Of a stretch of DNA of 64,000 nt, positions 10,187 through 19,680 are shown piece after piece. A model generated the notes under the pieces. It was not told the DNA's origin. It saw only the letters and a list, made by a program, of their open reading frames with translations, and did no database searches. Source of the DNA: an uncultured archaeon (GTDB lineage: Archaea > Aenigmatarchaeota > Aenigmatarchaeia > QMZP01); the NCBI GenBank assembly GCA_964498245.1, contig CAZCGK010000001.1, positions 36,581 to 100,580 of the forward strand, read 5' to 3'. Position 1 is the stretch's first letter. Each line of letters begins with the position of its first letter. Both the position numbers and the translations under genes were made by a program.

Positions 10187-10516
10187 ATGGAAATAAAGGA
10201 GGAAAGGCTTGTTACCTGGGCTGAAGCAAAGAACATACTTTTGAAGAAGGAAAAAGAGAAAGAACTTGGGTATGAACAGAGAAATGCTCTTGAACATCTA
10301 AGGAAATTTGCAAATCTTTCCGAGAGCAAGGCAAAGGAAATGGCAGAGGAACTGAAAAAAATAGAGAAGTTGAGGGAAAAGCACATAGTTAATCTAATAA
10401 ATCTCCTTCCTCAGGATGAAGAGGAACTCAGGCTTATTTTTGCAAATGAGATAATCACACTGACTGATGAGGAGAAGAAAACTATTCTTGATGTGGTCAA
10501 AAAATTTACGAGTTAA
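10187..10516 (+). CDS. rpo4: RNA polymerase subunit Rpo4 (F)
   Basis: ELGYEQRNALEHLRKF, LLPQDEEELR; conserved position after rpl21e. Confidence 0.93.
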   Translation: MEIKEERLVTWAEAKNILLKKEKEKELGYEQRNALEHLRKFANLSESKAKEMAEELKKIEKLREKHIVNLINLLPQDEEELRLIFANEIITLTDEEKKTILDVVKKFTS

Positions 10517-10572
10517 AGAAATTTAAAACAGGGATTTAATTCTTTACATTGAGCTGTATGAAAGGTGTTTAT

Positions 10573-11157
10573 ATGATAGGAAAAAACATCAGAAAGGATG
10601 AATGGGCAATAGTTCTTGATTTCCTATCCCATGGACATGCGGGTATGGAAAGAGCGCAGCCCGTTGCGCAGATTTTGGGAGAGAGATATTTTTCGCTTCT
10701 TGAGGTTATAGTGAGGGATGGTGTTTATCTCAAGGCAGGAGACAGGGTTTATATAGGGGATGGAAAGAGAAATGAAGTGAAATATATACGGGGGAGGCTC
10801 AAAATAGATGATCTTACGGCATTTGCCAAAGAGGAACTTCCAGAAGTTATAGAAAATCTTGTTAAGAAAAATCCTGAAAGATTCATAGAATTTTTCAACA
10901 AGGCTGGAAGCATAACTACAAGGCTCCATCAGCTTGAGCTCCTTCCAGGTATAGGAAAAAAGCATCTATGGGCAATACTCGAGGAGAGAAAGGTAAAACC
11001 CTTTGAATCATTTGAAGATTTAAAGAAAAGGGTCCCTCTCATACCAGACCCTGAAAAAATGATAGTTAAAAGAATAATAGATGAATTGAGTGATAAAGAT
11101 AAATACAAGCTGTTCGTTCCGAGGTTTGATAAGGAAAAAAGGGATAGGTTCAGGTAA
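10573..11157 (+). CDS. DUF655 family putative RNA-binding protein
   Basis: FFNKAGSITTRLHQLELLPGIGKK..EERKVKPFESFED; synteny after rpo4. Confidence 0.92.
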   Translation: MIGKNIRKDEWAIVLDFLSHGHAGMERAQPVAQILGERYFSLLEVIVRDGVYLKAGDRVYIGDGKRNEVKYIRGRLKIDDLTAFAKEELPEVIENLVKKNPERFIEFFNKAGSITTRLHQLELLPGIGKKHLWAILEERKVKPFESFEDLKKRVPLIPDPEKMIVKRIIDELSDKDKYKLFVPRFDKEKRDRFR

Positions 11158-11248
11158 TGGTATTAGATAAAACAGGAAAGAAATTGTTGTTAGAAATTCG
11201 AACCGGATTTGAAGCACAAATATTCGATGGATTTTAGTTAAAAGCAAA

Positions 11249-11493
11249 TGGGCCCGCTGGGATTCTCGTTGCCAAATCCTCTCTTCATGTGAATATTATT
11301 TGGATGTTTTCTGTTAACGCTTTTGCGTAAGCAAGCGTTAATTTACATATTAACCTTTCTTTGTGGAAGCGGTAGCTCCCGTAAAGAAAGGTTATTTCGA
11401 ACCCAGGACCTCCCGCTAGCCTAGCACTCACCGGACCAGAACGTCCGGTGGTCATATAAGACGGGCGCTCTAGGCCAGCTGAGCTACGGGCCC
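11249..11493 (-). tRNA. tRNA-Ile(UAU) with two introns (37/38: 11418-11454, 37 nt; 59/60: 11263-11395, 133 nt)
   Basis: Minus strand: acceptor GGGCCCG/CGGGCCC-A, D arm GCTC..GAGC, anticodon stem CCCGT/GCGGG with loop CT-TAT-AA, T arm CTGGG-TTCGAAT-CCCAG after removing both introns. Both junctions form 3-nt bulge / 4-bp helix / 3-nt bulge motifs. CCA not encoded. Confidence 0.9.
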
Positions 11494-11670
11494 CTGTCTA
11501 AAATTTATTGGAAATGCAGTTTTAAAAAAGCATTTGATTTACTGGAGTATAGAAAAATTTAAAAATACAAATGATAGTATATTCTTTACCCTTGACTGGT
11601 TTTGTACAGAGTATTGAAGCATTAGGGGTGTTATGATTATACATTATATAAAAATTAAGAGGTGATAGAT

Positions 11671-13314
11671 ATGACCAATTCCGTTCAGCTTGCAGGACAG
11701 CCTATTTTAATATTACCTGAGGGTACTGTTAGAAGTAAAGGCAGAGATGCCCAGAGAACAAATATTGCAGCAGCAAAGGCTATAGCAGATACTGTTAAAA
11801 CAACTCTGGGCCCGAAGGGAATGGATAAGATGCTTGTGGATTCTCTAGGAGATGTGGTGATAACCAATGATGGGGCAACGATACTCAATGAGATGCAGAT
11901 AGAACATCCCTCAGCAAAAATGATGGTGGAAATAGCAAAGACACAGGACAGTGCGGTGGGAGACGGAACAACCACAGCGGTTGTTCTGGCAGGTGAGCTT
12001 CTGAAAAAGGCAGAAGATCTTTTGGAACAGGAAATACATCCAACGGTGATAACCAAGGGTTTCAGAATGGCAAAACTCAAGGCTCTGGAGGTTCTGAATA
12101 AGATTGCAATGGATGTAAGTATAAAGGATGAGAGCATGCTCGAAAAGATTGCGGAAACAGCTATGACAGGTAAATCCTCTGAAAAGGCTTCTAAAGAGCT
12201 TGCAGCACTTGCGGTAAAGGCTATAAAGAGGGTCGCGGAGATAAAGGATAATGAAATAGAGATTGACACAGATAACATAAAGCTCGAAAAGAAGGAAGGT
12301 GGTTCAATCAATGATACAAGACTTATCGATGGTATAATAATAGACAAGGAAGTTGTTCATCCAGCAATGCCCAAGAGGGTAGAGAATGCAAAGATAGCGC
12401 TGATAGATTCTGCTATGGAGATTAAGGAACTTGAAGGGGATGCAAAGATAAGCATAGACTCTCCGGAGAAAATGCAGGCATTTCTCGAGGACCAGGAGAG
12501 AACGCTAAAGAATATGGTTGATAAGCTTGTAGAGGTAGGAGCTAATGTTGTGCTCTGTCAGAAGGGAATAGATGACACAGCACAGCACTATCTTGCCAAG
12601 GCGGGAATTCTTGCTGCAAGAAGGGTAAAGAAATCTGATATGGAGAAGCTCGCAAAGGCAACAGGAGCAACAATAGTTACAAACATCAAGGAACTTGAAA
12701 AGAAGGATCTTGGATATGCAGGGATTGTGTATGAAAAGAAAGTTGCAGGAGATGAAATGATATTCATAGAAAAGTGCAAGGAGCCCAAGGCAGTGACAAT
12801 TCTTATCAGAGGTGGAACGGAGCATGTTGTTGATGAGGTTGAAAGAGCAATGCAGGATGCTGTTAAGGGAATAGCAGCGGCTCTGGAGCTCGGTAAGGTT
12901 GTCGCTGGTGGTGGTGCAAGTGAAATAGAAATATCCAGAGAGGTCAAGAAATATGCGGAGAGTTTCTCCGGAAGAGAACAGCTTGCAGTGAGTGCGTTTG
13001 CAGAAGCTATGGAGGCAATACCCAGAACACTTGCAGAGAATGCAGGCCTGGACCCCATCGATAAACTGGCGGCACTCAGAGCAAGACATGATAAGAACGA
13101 GGTCAACATCGGTCTGAACGTGTTTTCCGGAGAGATAGAGGACATGACAAAAATAGGTGTGATAGAGCCTCTCAAAACAAAGCTTCAGGCAATAAAGTCT
13201 GCATCAGAGGCAGCAGAAATGATACTGAGAATAGATGATGTGATATCAGCAAGCTCTTCAGAAAAGGGAGGTAGTTCAGGACACGGCGGACCCAGTGAAA
13301 TGCCCGAGTATTAA
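11671..13314 (+). CDS. ths: Thermosome (group II chaperonin) subunit
   Basis: [33 protein letters not shown] before ATG 11671. Confidence 0.97.
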   Translation: MTNSVQLAGQPILILPEGTVRSKGRDAQRTNIAAAKAIADTVKTTLGPKGMDKMLVDSLGDVVITNDGATILNEMQIEHPSAKMMVEIAKTQDSAVGDGTTTAVVLAGELLKKAEDLLEQEIHPTVITKGFRMAKLKALEVLNKIAMDVSIKDESMLEKIAETAMTGKSSEKASKELAALAVKAIKRVAEIKDNEIEIDTDNIKLEKKEGGSINDTRLIDGIIIDKEVVHPAMPKRVENAKIALIDSAMEIKELEGDAKISIDSPEKMQAFLEDQERTLKNMVDKLVEVGANVVLCQKGIDDTAQHYLAKAGILAARRVKKSDMEKLAKATGATIVTNIKELEKKDLGYAGIVYEKKVAGDEMIFIEKCKEPKAVTILIRGGTEHVVDEVERAMQDAVKGIAAALELGKVVAGGGASEIEISREVKKYAESFSGREQLAVSAFAEAMEAIPRTLAENAGLDPIDKLAALRARHDKNEVNIGLNVFSGEIEDMTKIGVIEPLKTKLQAIKSASEAAEMILRIDDVISASSSEKGGSSGHGGPSEMPEY

Positions 13315-14651
13315 GCTTTTTGATTTTTTTCTATCTCCTCTTCTACCATATGTATAAATCTCTCTTTCATTTCTTTGAGGTTTTCCTCTGTATCTGCCTC
13401 CACTGTTATTCTTATCACAGGTGATGTATTCGAGGGTCTTATCAGAACCCAGCCGTTTTCAAGGTCAACTCTCACTCCATCAATTGTTGTAACTCTTGTG
13501 TATTGAGACCTTATTTTTTCAGTTATTTTTTTCATTATCTGGAATTTTCTTTCATCATCACATTCAAGGTTTATTCTCTCGAACGGATATCTGGGAATTT
13601 GTTTTACAAGCTCTGATAGAGGTCTGGATTTTTTCGAGAGAATGCAGGCAAAAAAGAAGGAAACCGCAAGAGAATCATCATAAGGCAGGAGGGATGGTAT
13701 GACAAAATGGCCGCTGGTTTCAAGTCCGAAGCTTGCTTTTTCCTTCATTACAGCTTCCATAAGGAATGTGTGACCGACTTTTATTCTCTTCACATCTCTC
13801 CCGAATTTTTTTGCGATAAAATCTATTGTCCTTGTGCATTCTACATTTGCAATAATCGGGCCTTTTTCTTTCTGCAATATCTCCTCAAGCATTATGAAAG
13901 ATGCTTGTTCTACGGAAAGTTTCTCACCCTTATCATCAACAACAACCATTCTGTCTCCATCACCGTCATAGGCTATTCCCAGATCCGCATTTTTCGAGAG
14001 CTCTCTGAGCTTTTCCAGAGGATCTTCCAGAGGGTCTGGCAATCTGTTCGGAAAGTTTCCATCAGGCTCATTAAATATGGTTTTTACCTCAAACTCTGCT
14101 TCTTTAAAAATCTTATCTGCCACAACACAAGCGGCTCCGTTTCCGGGATCAAGAACGAGCCTTAAAGACCTTTCTGGTTTTATTTTAGAAAACAGATAAT
14201 CTTTATAATCTTCGATTATGGAAGATGTTTTCTCTTTTTTTAGAGTTCCCTTTCCTGAGCTGAAGTCTTCTTTTAAGAATATCTCTTTTATTTTCTTGCC
14301 TTCCTCTTCCATGAATCCTATACCGTTTCCGTGAAAGAATTTCACGCCTGTCCATTCTTTTGGGAGGTGCGAAGCTGTTATATAGGCAAAGGGCAGATTT
14401 TTTCTCCATGCATGAAACATACCTGTTCCTAATGGAAGCGCACCCACATCTATGACATTTTTTCCGGATTTGAGCACACCCTGAACGAAAGCCTCCTTCA
14501 TTTCCGGGCTTCCTATTCTGAAATCCCTTCCAACAACAGCTGTGTTTTCCTCTATATAAGAAGCAAAGGTTCTGCCTATTCTTTGCATGATATCTTCATC
14601 GATATCCTTTTTGTATATTCCCCTTATGTCATATGCACGGAAAATTTTCAC
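13311..14651 (-). CDS. Phosphomannomutase/phosphoglucomutase family protein
   Basis: [13 protein letters not shown] phosphoserine motif, DGDGDR, RPSNT; GTG start with GGAGG RBS. Confidence 0.93.
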   Translation of the reverse strand: MKIFRAYDIRGIYKKDIDEDIMQRIGRTFASYIEENTAVVGRDFRIGSPEMKEAFVQGVLKSGKNVIDVGALPLGTGMFHAWRKNLPFAYITASHLPKEWTGVKFFHGNGIGFMEEEGKKIKEIFLKEDFSSGKGTLKKEKTSSIIEDYKDYLFSKIKPERSLRLVLDPGNGAACVVADKIFKEAEFEVKTIFNEPDGNFPNRLPDPLEDPLEKLRELSKNADLGIAYDGDGDRMVVVDDKGEKLSVEQASFIMLEEILQKEKGPIIANVECTRTIDFIAKKFGRDVKRIKVGHTFLMEAVMKEKASFGLETSGHFVIPSLLPYDDSLAVSFFFACILSKKSRPLSELVKQIPRYPFERINLECDDERKFQIMKKITEKIRSQYTRVTTIDGVRVDLENGWVLIRPSNTSPVIRITVEADTEENLKEMKERFIHMVEEEIEKNQKA

Positions 14652-15370
14652 GGTTTCGCCTCCTTTCGGCAAACAAAAAATACAGATTTTTCACCTATTT
14701 TGAGCGTTTTCTTTCTCGAAAGATATTCTTCAAGTCTTCTCTCCATTTCTTTTGTAAATCTCTTTTTCTCCTCAAACACTATCTCCTTTTCGAAATATTT
14801 CTTAGCCTGGGATTTGTTTTTGAAATGATACCATGTTGAGAGCTTACTTTCCTTGACATTTCCGAACTCTTTTTCCAAAACCTGCTTGAGTTCTTCCCTC
14901 TTTTTCTTTATTCTCGATTTCTTTTTGGGTGAGATATAGTCTAGGATGCGAACAAACTCGCTTGTTTCGTCAGCCTCCTCTATCAGGAGTGTTCCTTTTG
15001 TTTTAAGGATTCTTTTCATCTCCCGGATGATTTTTCTCTTGTTCTTCTCGTAATGCAGACCGGCCCAGAGGGAAATCACAACATCAAAACTTTCTTTAGG
15101 AAAACCGGTTTTGGAAAGCGGTTTTGCAAAAAATTTGATTTTTTTGCTTTTCTTTCTGCAATAGCTTATGAGTTTTTTATTTTGGTGGATAGCGGTAACA
15201 GGTTTTGCATATTTAAGGAGTTTGAAAGAAAAGTGCAGAACACCGTATGTTCCTGTTATCAGGATATCTTTATTCTCAGGTTTTGCAAGTTTAAGTATTT
15301 TTGACAATTCTTTATTTTCAGGATCGTATTCCTTAATCGAATACCATCTATCAAGCTCTTTCAGGTTCAT
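14648..15370 (-). CDS. Class I SAM-dependent methyltransferase-like protein (degenerate motif I)
   Basis: FPKESFDVVIS, EMKRILKTKGTLLI motifs. Confidence 0.7.
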   Translation of the reverse strand: MNLKELDRWYSIKEYDPENKELSKILKLAKPENKDILITGTYGVLHFSFKLLKYAKPVTAIHQNKKLISYCRKKSKKIKFFAKPLSKTGFPKESFDVVISLWAGLHYEKNKRKIIREMKRILKTKGTLLIEEADETSEFVRILDYISPKKKSRIKKKREELKQVLEKEFGNVKESKLSTWYHFKNKSQAKKYFEKEIVFEEKKRFTKEMERRLEEYLSRKKTLKIGEKSVFFVCRKEAKP

Positions 15371-15451
15371 ATCTTTAAGGTAATTTCATTCTAGTTAATA
15401 AAAATTCTGTCTACAATTTAGTTAAATTTAATTTACTTAAACTATTAAATT

Positions 15452-15507
15452 TTAGTTAATTATAATTGACTAAAAATTTTAAATATTAGTCAATTATAAT
15501 TAACTAA
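15452..15507. promoter_or_regulatory. Perfect 22-bp inverted repeat (putative operators) flanking a TATA-like box
   Basis: ttagttaattataattgactaa (15452-15473) is the exact reverse complement of ttagtcaattataattaactaa (15486-15507); ttttaaata lies between them; ATG at 15509. Confidence 0.7.
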
Positions 15508-15508
15508 T

Positions 15509-16945
15509 ATGGAACGGGAATTACTTCATACTTATTTGAGAAAAAGCATATCTCTGGCACCGGAGAGATTGAGAGAGTATGTTGTAGATATACATGGAAG
15601 GGATTTTTTTCACCGCTGGGTTTTTTACAGATTGAAAAAGCTTCTCAATGATTTTATTGAGAAAAAATCCGAAAACAGATGGATTCTGCTTCCGGGCATG
15701 AGAGGAACAGGAAAGACCACTCTGCTGGCACAGGTATATTTCTACCTTATGGAGAAAAAAATACCCCAAAGCAATATTTTGTATCTATCTTTAGATGAAG
15801 TTACAAAATTGCTTGATTCAGATCTCAATGAAATCATCTCGGTTTATGAGGAATTTTTGGGTAAAAACCTTGAATCTCTGGATAGAAATGTGTTTTTGCT
15901 CATAGACGAAGCCCATTATGATAAAAACTGGGCAATTACTCTCAAAACCGTGTTTGATAGAACGAGAAAGATATTTATTATAAGCACGGGTTCCTCCTCC
16001 TTATCATTACAAACAGGTTCAGATATTGCAAGAAGAGCACAGATTGAAAAGGTTCTTCCCCTGAGCTTCACAGAATATATAATGCTTAAATACAGAATTC
16101 TGCCAGTGCAGAGGTTGAAATCCAAGCTGGAAGATGCTGTGTTTTTTTCCAGAAATGCAGAGGAGGTCTTTATTCGGCTGAAAGAAATAGAGAATAAAAC
16201 AAAAAAGTATCTTGCATTAGTAAAACCTCTTGAACTTCAGGTGTATCTGAAAACAGGAACGCTTCCATTTGCTTTAGGACTATCAAACGAAATCGATGTG
16301 TACAGTAGAATTATCAATATTCTGGAAAAGGTAATAAATGAGGATATACCGGCAATAAAGGTATTTGATAAGGAAGTTCTTGACAAAATATGGAATCTAT
16401 TGCTTTTGTTTTCAGTAAGCGAAAAACTCAATTATGAATCTATCTGTAATAAACTCGATATATCCAAACCAACCCTGAATGAAATACTGAATGTTCTAAC
16501 AAAGGCTGAACTTATCTATCCTTTAAGACCGTATGGATCTGTGGGAAAAATCGTGAGGAAAACACCAAAATACAAGTTCATTGCTCCTGTTATAAAAGCA
16601 GCTTTACTTTGGCATGTAGGAAAATTGGTGCACACACCGGACTTATACGGTCAGCTTCTTGAGGATGTGATTTCCTTCTATTTTTACAGGATAAACCAGC
16701 TCAAAAAGATTTTTGGTGTTTATTATGATGTTGAAAAGGAGGGTGCCGATTTCATACTCACGCTTAATGATGGTTCAAGGATTGTGGTGGAGGTTGGTTA
16801 TGGACAAAAGGGGATAAAACAGATTAGAAAATCGGGGAAAAAGGTTGAACCGAAGTACAGCGTTCTTGTCTCGGAAAGAGAGCTGAATGTAAATACAGAA
16901 GAAAACACAGTATTTATTCCAAAACAGATTTTTCTTCTTATTTAG
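15509..16945 (+). CDS. AAA+ ATPase, AAA_14/DUF4143 type (with wHTH and C-terminal PD-(D/E)XK-like region)
   Basis: GMRGTGKT Walker A, LLIDEAH Walker B, STGSSS, HTH-like ICNKLDISKPTL, ADF..VEV. Confidence 0.85.
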   Translation: MERELLHTYLRKSISLAPERLREYVVDIHGRDFFHRWVFYRLKKLLNDFIEKKSENRWILLPGMRGTGKTTLLAQVYFYLMEKKIPQSNILYLSLDEVTKLLDSDLNEIISVYEEFLGKNLESLDRNVFLLIDEAHYDKNWAITLKTVFDRTRKIFIISTGSSSLSLQTGSDIARRAQIEKVLPLSFTEYIMLKYRILPVQRLKSKLEDAVFFSRNAEEVFIRLKEIENKTKKYLALVKPLELQVYLKTGTLPFALGLSNEIDVYSRIINILEKVINEDIPAIKVFDKEVLDKIWNLLLLFSVSEKLNYESICNKLDISKPTLNEILNVLTKAELIYPLRPYGSVGKIVRKTPKYKFIAPVIKAALLWHVGKLVHTPDLYGQLLEDVISFYFYRINQLKKIFGVYYDVEKEGADFILTLNDGSRIVVEVGYGQKGIKQIRKSGKKVEPKYSVLVSERELNVNTEENTVFIPKQIFLLI

Positions 16946-18230
16946 AGCCCCTTTCCATCTCGAGAAGCTCCTTTGCCCTGGAAACCGATATGTTTCCTTC
17001 CTCTATCATCTTTTGCGCTATCCTGTTTATTTCATCTCCTGTTGCTCCTGCTGTTACTGCTATGTTCCTTGCGTGAAGACGCATGTGACCTTTCTGTATG
17101 CCTTCTGTTGCGAGGGCGCGCATGGCTGCAAAGTTCTGGGCAAGACCCACTGCAGCGATAACCTCGGCAAGTTCTTGGCTGGTTTTTACTCCAAGGATTT
17201 TAAGCGAGAGTTTTGCTAGGGGATTTGTTCTTGTTGCTCCACCAACAATTCCTACAGCAATCGGAAGTTCTATTTCTCCCGCAAGATTTCCATTCTCGTC
17301 TTTCCAGTATCTTGTAAGGGGTTTATATCTTCCGTCTTTAGCGGCATAGGAATGCGCTCCTGCCTCCACAGCGCGGAAATCGTTTCCCGTTGCTATCAGC
17401 ACAGCATCGATACCGTTCATTATGCCTTTGTTATGTGTTGTGGATCTGTACTGGTCTGCCTCTGCGAATGCATAGGCCTCGAGTATAGCATCCACAACCT
17501 CTTCTCCCTTCATACTTCCCTTCACGCTCTCTTCCAAGGCTTCCTTGGTCCATACTGCCCTTGCCCTGGCAATCCTCCTATCCGCAAGGTTCGAGATTAT
17601 TCTGAGCCTGACCTTGCCTTGAGAGGCTTCTTCGAGGATGGGTGCAACCGCCTCTGCCATGGTATTTACGGCATTAGCTCCCATTGCATCTCTTACATCC
17701 ACAAGAATGTGAACAACAAGCATGATTCCTGCTTTGGTTTCAAGCTCTCTTATCTCAATATCCTTTGCACCACCACCGAACTTCAGAAGGGTTGAATCCT
17801 TTTTGTTGCACGTGTCAAGTATCTCCTGTTTTCTCTTCAAAATCTCGGATTTTGCTTTCTCTATATCAGGAATATCAACAATCTGTACCTGACCTATCAT
17901 AACAGGGTCTGTAGAACTTGTTTTAAAACCCCCTCCGGGTCTTGCGAGCTTGGCAGCGTATGAGGCGGCAGCAACTACTGAAGGTTCTTCCAGAACCATA
18001 GGGATAAGATAATCCTTTCCGTTTATCAGAAAATTTGTGGCAATACCCAAAGGGAGGGAAAATGTTCCTATAACGTTCTCTATCATCATATCCGCTGTTT
18101 TCAGGGGGAGATTCCCCTCTTTTTTCAGAATCTGGATTTCATCTTCTGAGAGATTTGCGAACTCCTTTATTTTTTCCAATCTTTCCTCTATGCTCAGCTT
18201 GTAAAAACCGGAAATGTTGGAAGTTCTCAT
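16938..18230 (-). CDS. mvaA: HMG-CoA reductase, class II
   Basis: ENVIG, EEPSVVAA, DAMGAN, HNKGIMNG, EGIQKGHM. Confidence 0.95.
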   Translation of the reverse strand: MRTSNISGFYKLSIEERLEKIKEFANLSEDEIQILKKEGNLPLKTADMMIENVIGTFSLPLGIATNFLINGKDYLIPMVLEEPSVVAAASYAAKLARPGGGFKTSSTDPVMIGQVQIVDIPDIEKAKSEILKRKQEILDTCNKKDSTLLKFGGGAKDIEIRELETKAGIMLVVHILVDVRDAMGANAVNTMAEAVAPILEEASQGKVRLRIISNLADRRIARARAVWTKEALEESVKGSMKGEEVVDAILEAYAFAEADQYRSTTHNKGIMNGIDAVLIATGNDFRAVEAGAHSYAAKDGRYKPLTRYWKDENGNLAGEIELPIAVGIVGGATRTNPLAKLSLKILGVKTSQELAEVIAAVGLAQNFAAMRALATEGIQKGHMRLHARNIAVTAGATGDEINRIAQKMIEEGNISVSRAKELLEMERGSK

Positions 18231-18313
18231 GTTTTTGCCTCAGGCTTATTTTAAAAATTAAATTTAATAAGGTTATCCATTTTTTAAATATCTTTTTCTT
18301 TCAATTCTAATGA

Positions 18314-19246
18314 ATGGTGTATCTCCTAGAGAAAATCCGGAGAATGAACCCAAAAAGAATTTTTCTTCAGATTCCAGAGGGTCTTAAACCAAAAGCTCAG
18401 GAACTTGCAAAAAGTTTGGAAAAAACCGGCGCTAAAGTTTTCCTTTCCATAGAGCCTTGTTATGGTGGGTGTGATATCAGGGATTCCGAAGCAGAGAGGC
18501 TGGGATGTGACCTTATCGTGCATGTGGGGCATTCAGATTTCGGTATAAAAACAAGAGTGCCTGTGATATATGAGGAATACAGAACTGAGTTTGATCCCGT
18601 GCCTGTTCTGGAAAGGGAGATAAAGATTTTTGAAGGTTTTAAGAGCATAGGTTTGATAACCACCGTGCAGTATCTTTCAAGTCTGGATAAGGCAAAGAAG
18701 TTTCTTGAAAAACACGGTAAAAAAATCTATATAGGAAAACCGAGGCTTGCCAAGTATCCTGGACAGATTTTGGGATGCGATTATTCTTCTGCAAAGTCGG
18801 TGGAAAATCTTGTGGATTGCTATCTTTATATAGGCACCGGAGAGTTTCACCCTTTGGGTCTTGCCATGGAAACAGAAAAGCCTGTTTTTTTCCTGAATGC
18901 TGAATCAGGAAAAATCAAAAGGCTTGAAACGAAAAAATACAGGATTCTTCGGGCTTTGCAGGTGGAAAAGGCAAAAGAGGCAAAGAACTTCGGAATTTTC
19001 GTTTCCACAAAACCGGGTCAGGCAAGACCGGAGCTTGCGGAAAGGCTTAAAAACATGCTCGAAATAGCTGGAAAGAATGTATGGATTCTGGTTGCAGATG
19101 AGATTTCTAAGGCAAAGCTTTTAGGCCTGAACATAGAGGTTATTGTAAACACAGCATGTCCGAGGATAAGAGATGACTGGAAGGCCTTGGGCATAACCGT
19201 GATAAATCCAGAGGATGTTGAAGAGGTTGTGAAAGAGAAGGTTTAA
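18314..19246 (+). CDS. dph2: Diphthamide biosynthesis enzyme Dph2
   Basis: QIPEGLK, CYGGCD, GQILGC, TACPRI. Confidence 0.95.
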   Translation: MVYLLEKIRRMNPKRIFLQIPEGLKPKAQELAKSLEKTGAKVFLSIEPCYGGCDIRDSEAERLGCDLIVHVGHSDFGIKTRVPVIYEEYRTEFDPVPVLEREIKIFEGFKSIGLITTVQYLSSLDKAKKFLEKHGKKIYIGKPRLAKYPGQILGCDYSSAKSVENLVDCYLYIGTGEFHPLGLAMETEKPVFFLNAESGKIKRLETKKYRILRALQVEKAKEAKNFGIFVSTKPGQARPELAERLKNMLEIAGKNVWILVADEISKAKLLGLNIEVIVNTACPRIRDDWKALGITVINPEDVEEVVKEKV

Positions 19247-19263
19247 ATTTTAATTCAGAAAAG

Positions 19264-19521
19264 GTGAAAGAGATTGGAAAGAGGGATAGAAATATAATAG
19301 CTATTATCCTCTTTGGAAGCTCGCTTAAAAGAAAGGGAAGGGATATAGACCTGTGTTTTATTATGGAACCTGAATTGAGCAAAAGAAAGCTTCTAGAAAA
19401 GAGAATCGAATATGCAGGAATTCTTGGAGACAGATTTGATGTTCAGATATTTCAGATGCTTCCGCTTTACATAAGAATCAGAGTCCTTAAGGAAGGAAAG
19501 ATTGTATTCTGGGGAAAATAG
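19264..19521 (+). pseudogene. Minimal nucleotidyltransferase (MNT antitoxin), probably C-terminally truncated
   Basis: LFGS..DIDL motif, DVQIFQMLPLYIR..VLKEGK; runs directly into HEPN remnant. Confidence 0.65.
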
Positions 19522-19680
19522 ATCAACTTGAAGGTATCTTAAAGAATTGAAGGAGATAGTGCCAGAGGATTATGAGGAATACATGAACTCAAAGGAAAAG
19601 AAAAGGGCATGAAGAAAAAATTAAAGGATTTTAAGGATTTTATGAATGAGGTGAGAAGAGTTCTGAAATCTAATGTATAA
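19506..19680 (+). pseudogene. HEPN (DUF86/HepT-like) toxin remnant
   Basis: Fragments ILGKIDQLE / YLKELKEIVPEDYEEYMNSKEKKRA* / KLKDFKDFMNEVRR in shifting frames; no start codon and no RxxxxH region. Confidence 0.6.

Noticed and set aside
11157..11260. Integrated element at the tRNA 3' end
   Set aside because: No integrase and no duplicated tRNA 3' fragment were seen; flanking genes are core genes
11685..13175. Long antisense ORFs (194-220 aa) over the thermosome gene
   Set aside because: Shadow frames of a conserved gene with no recognisable motifs
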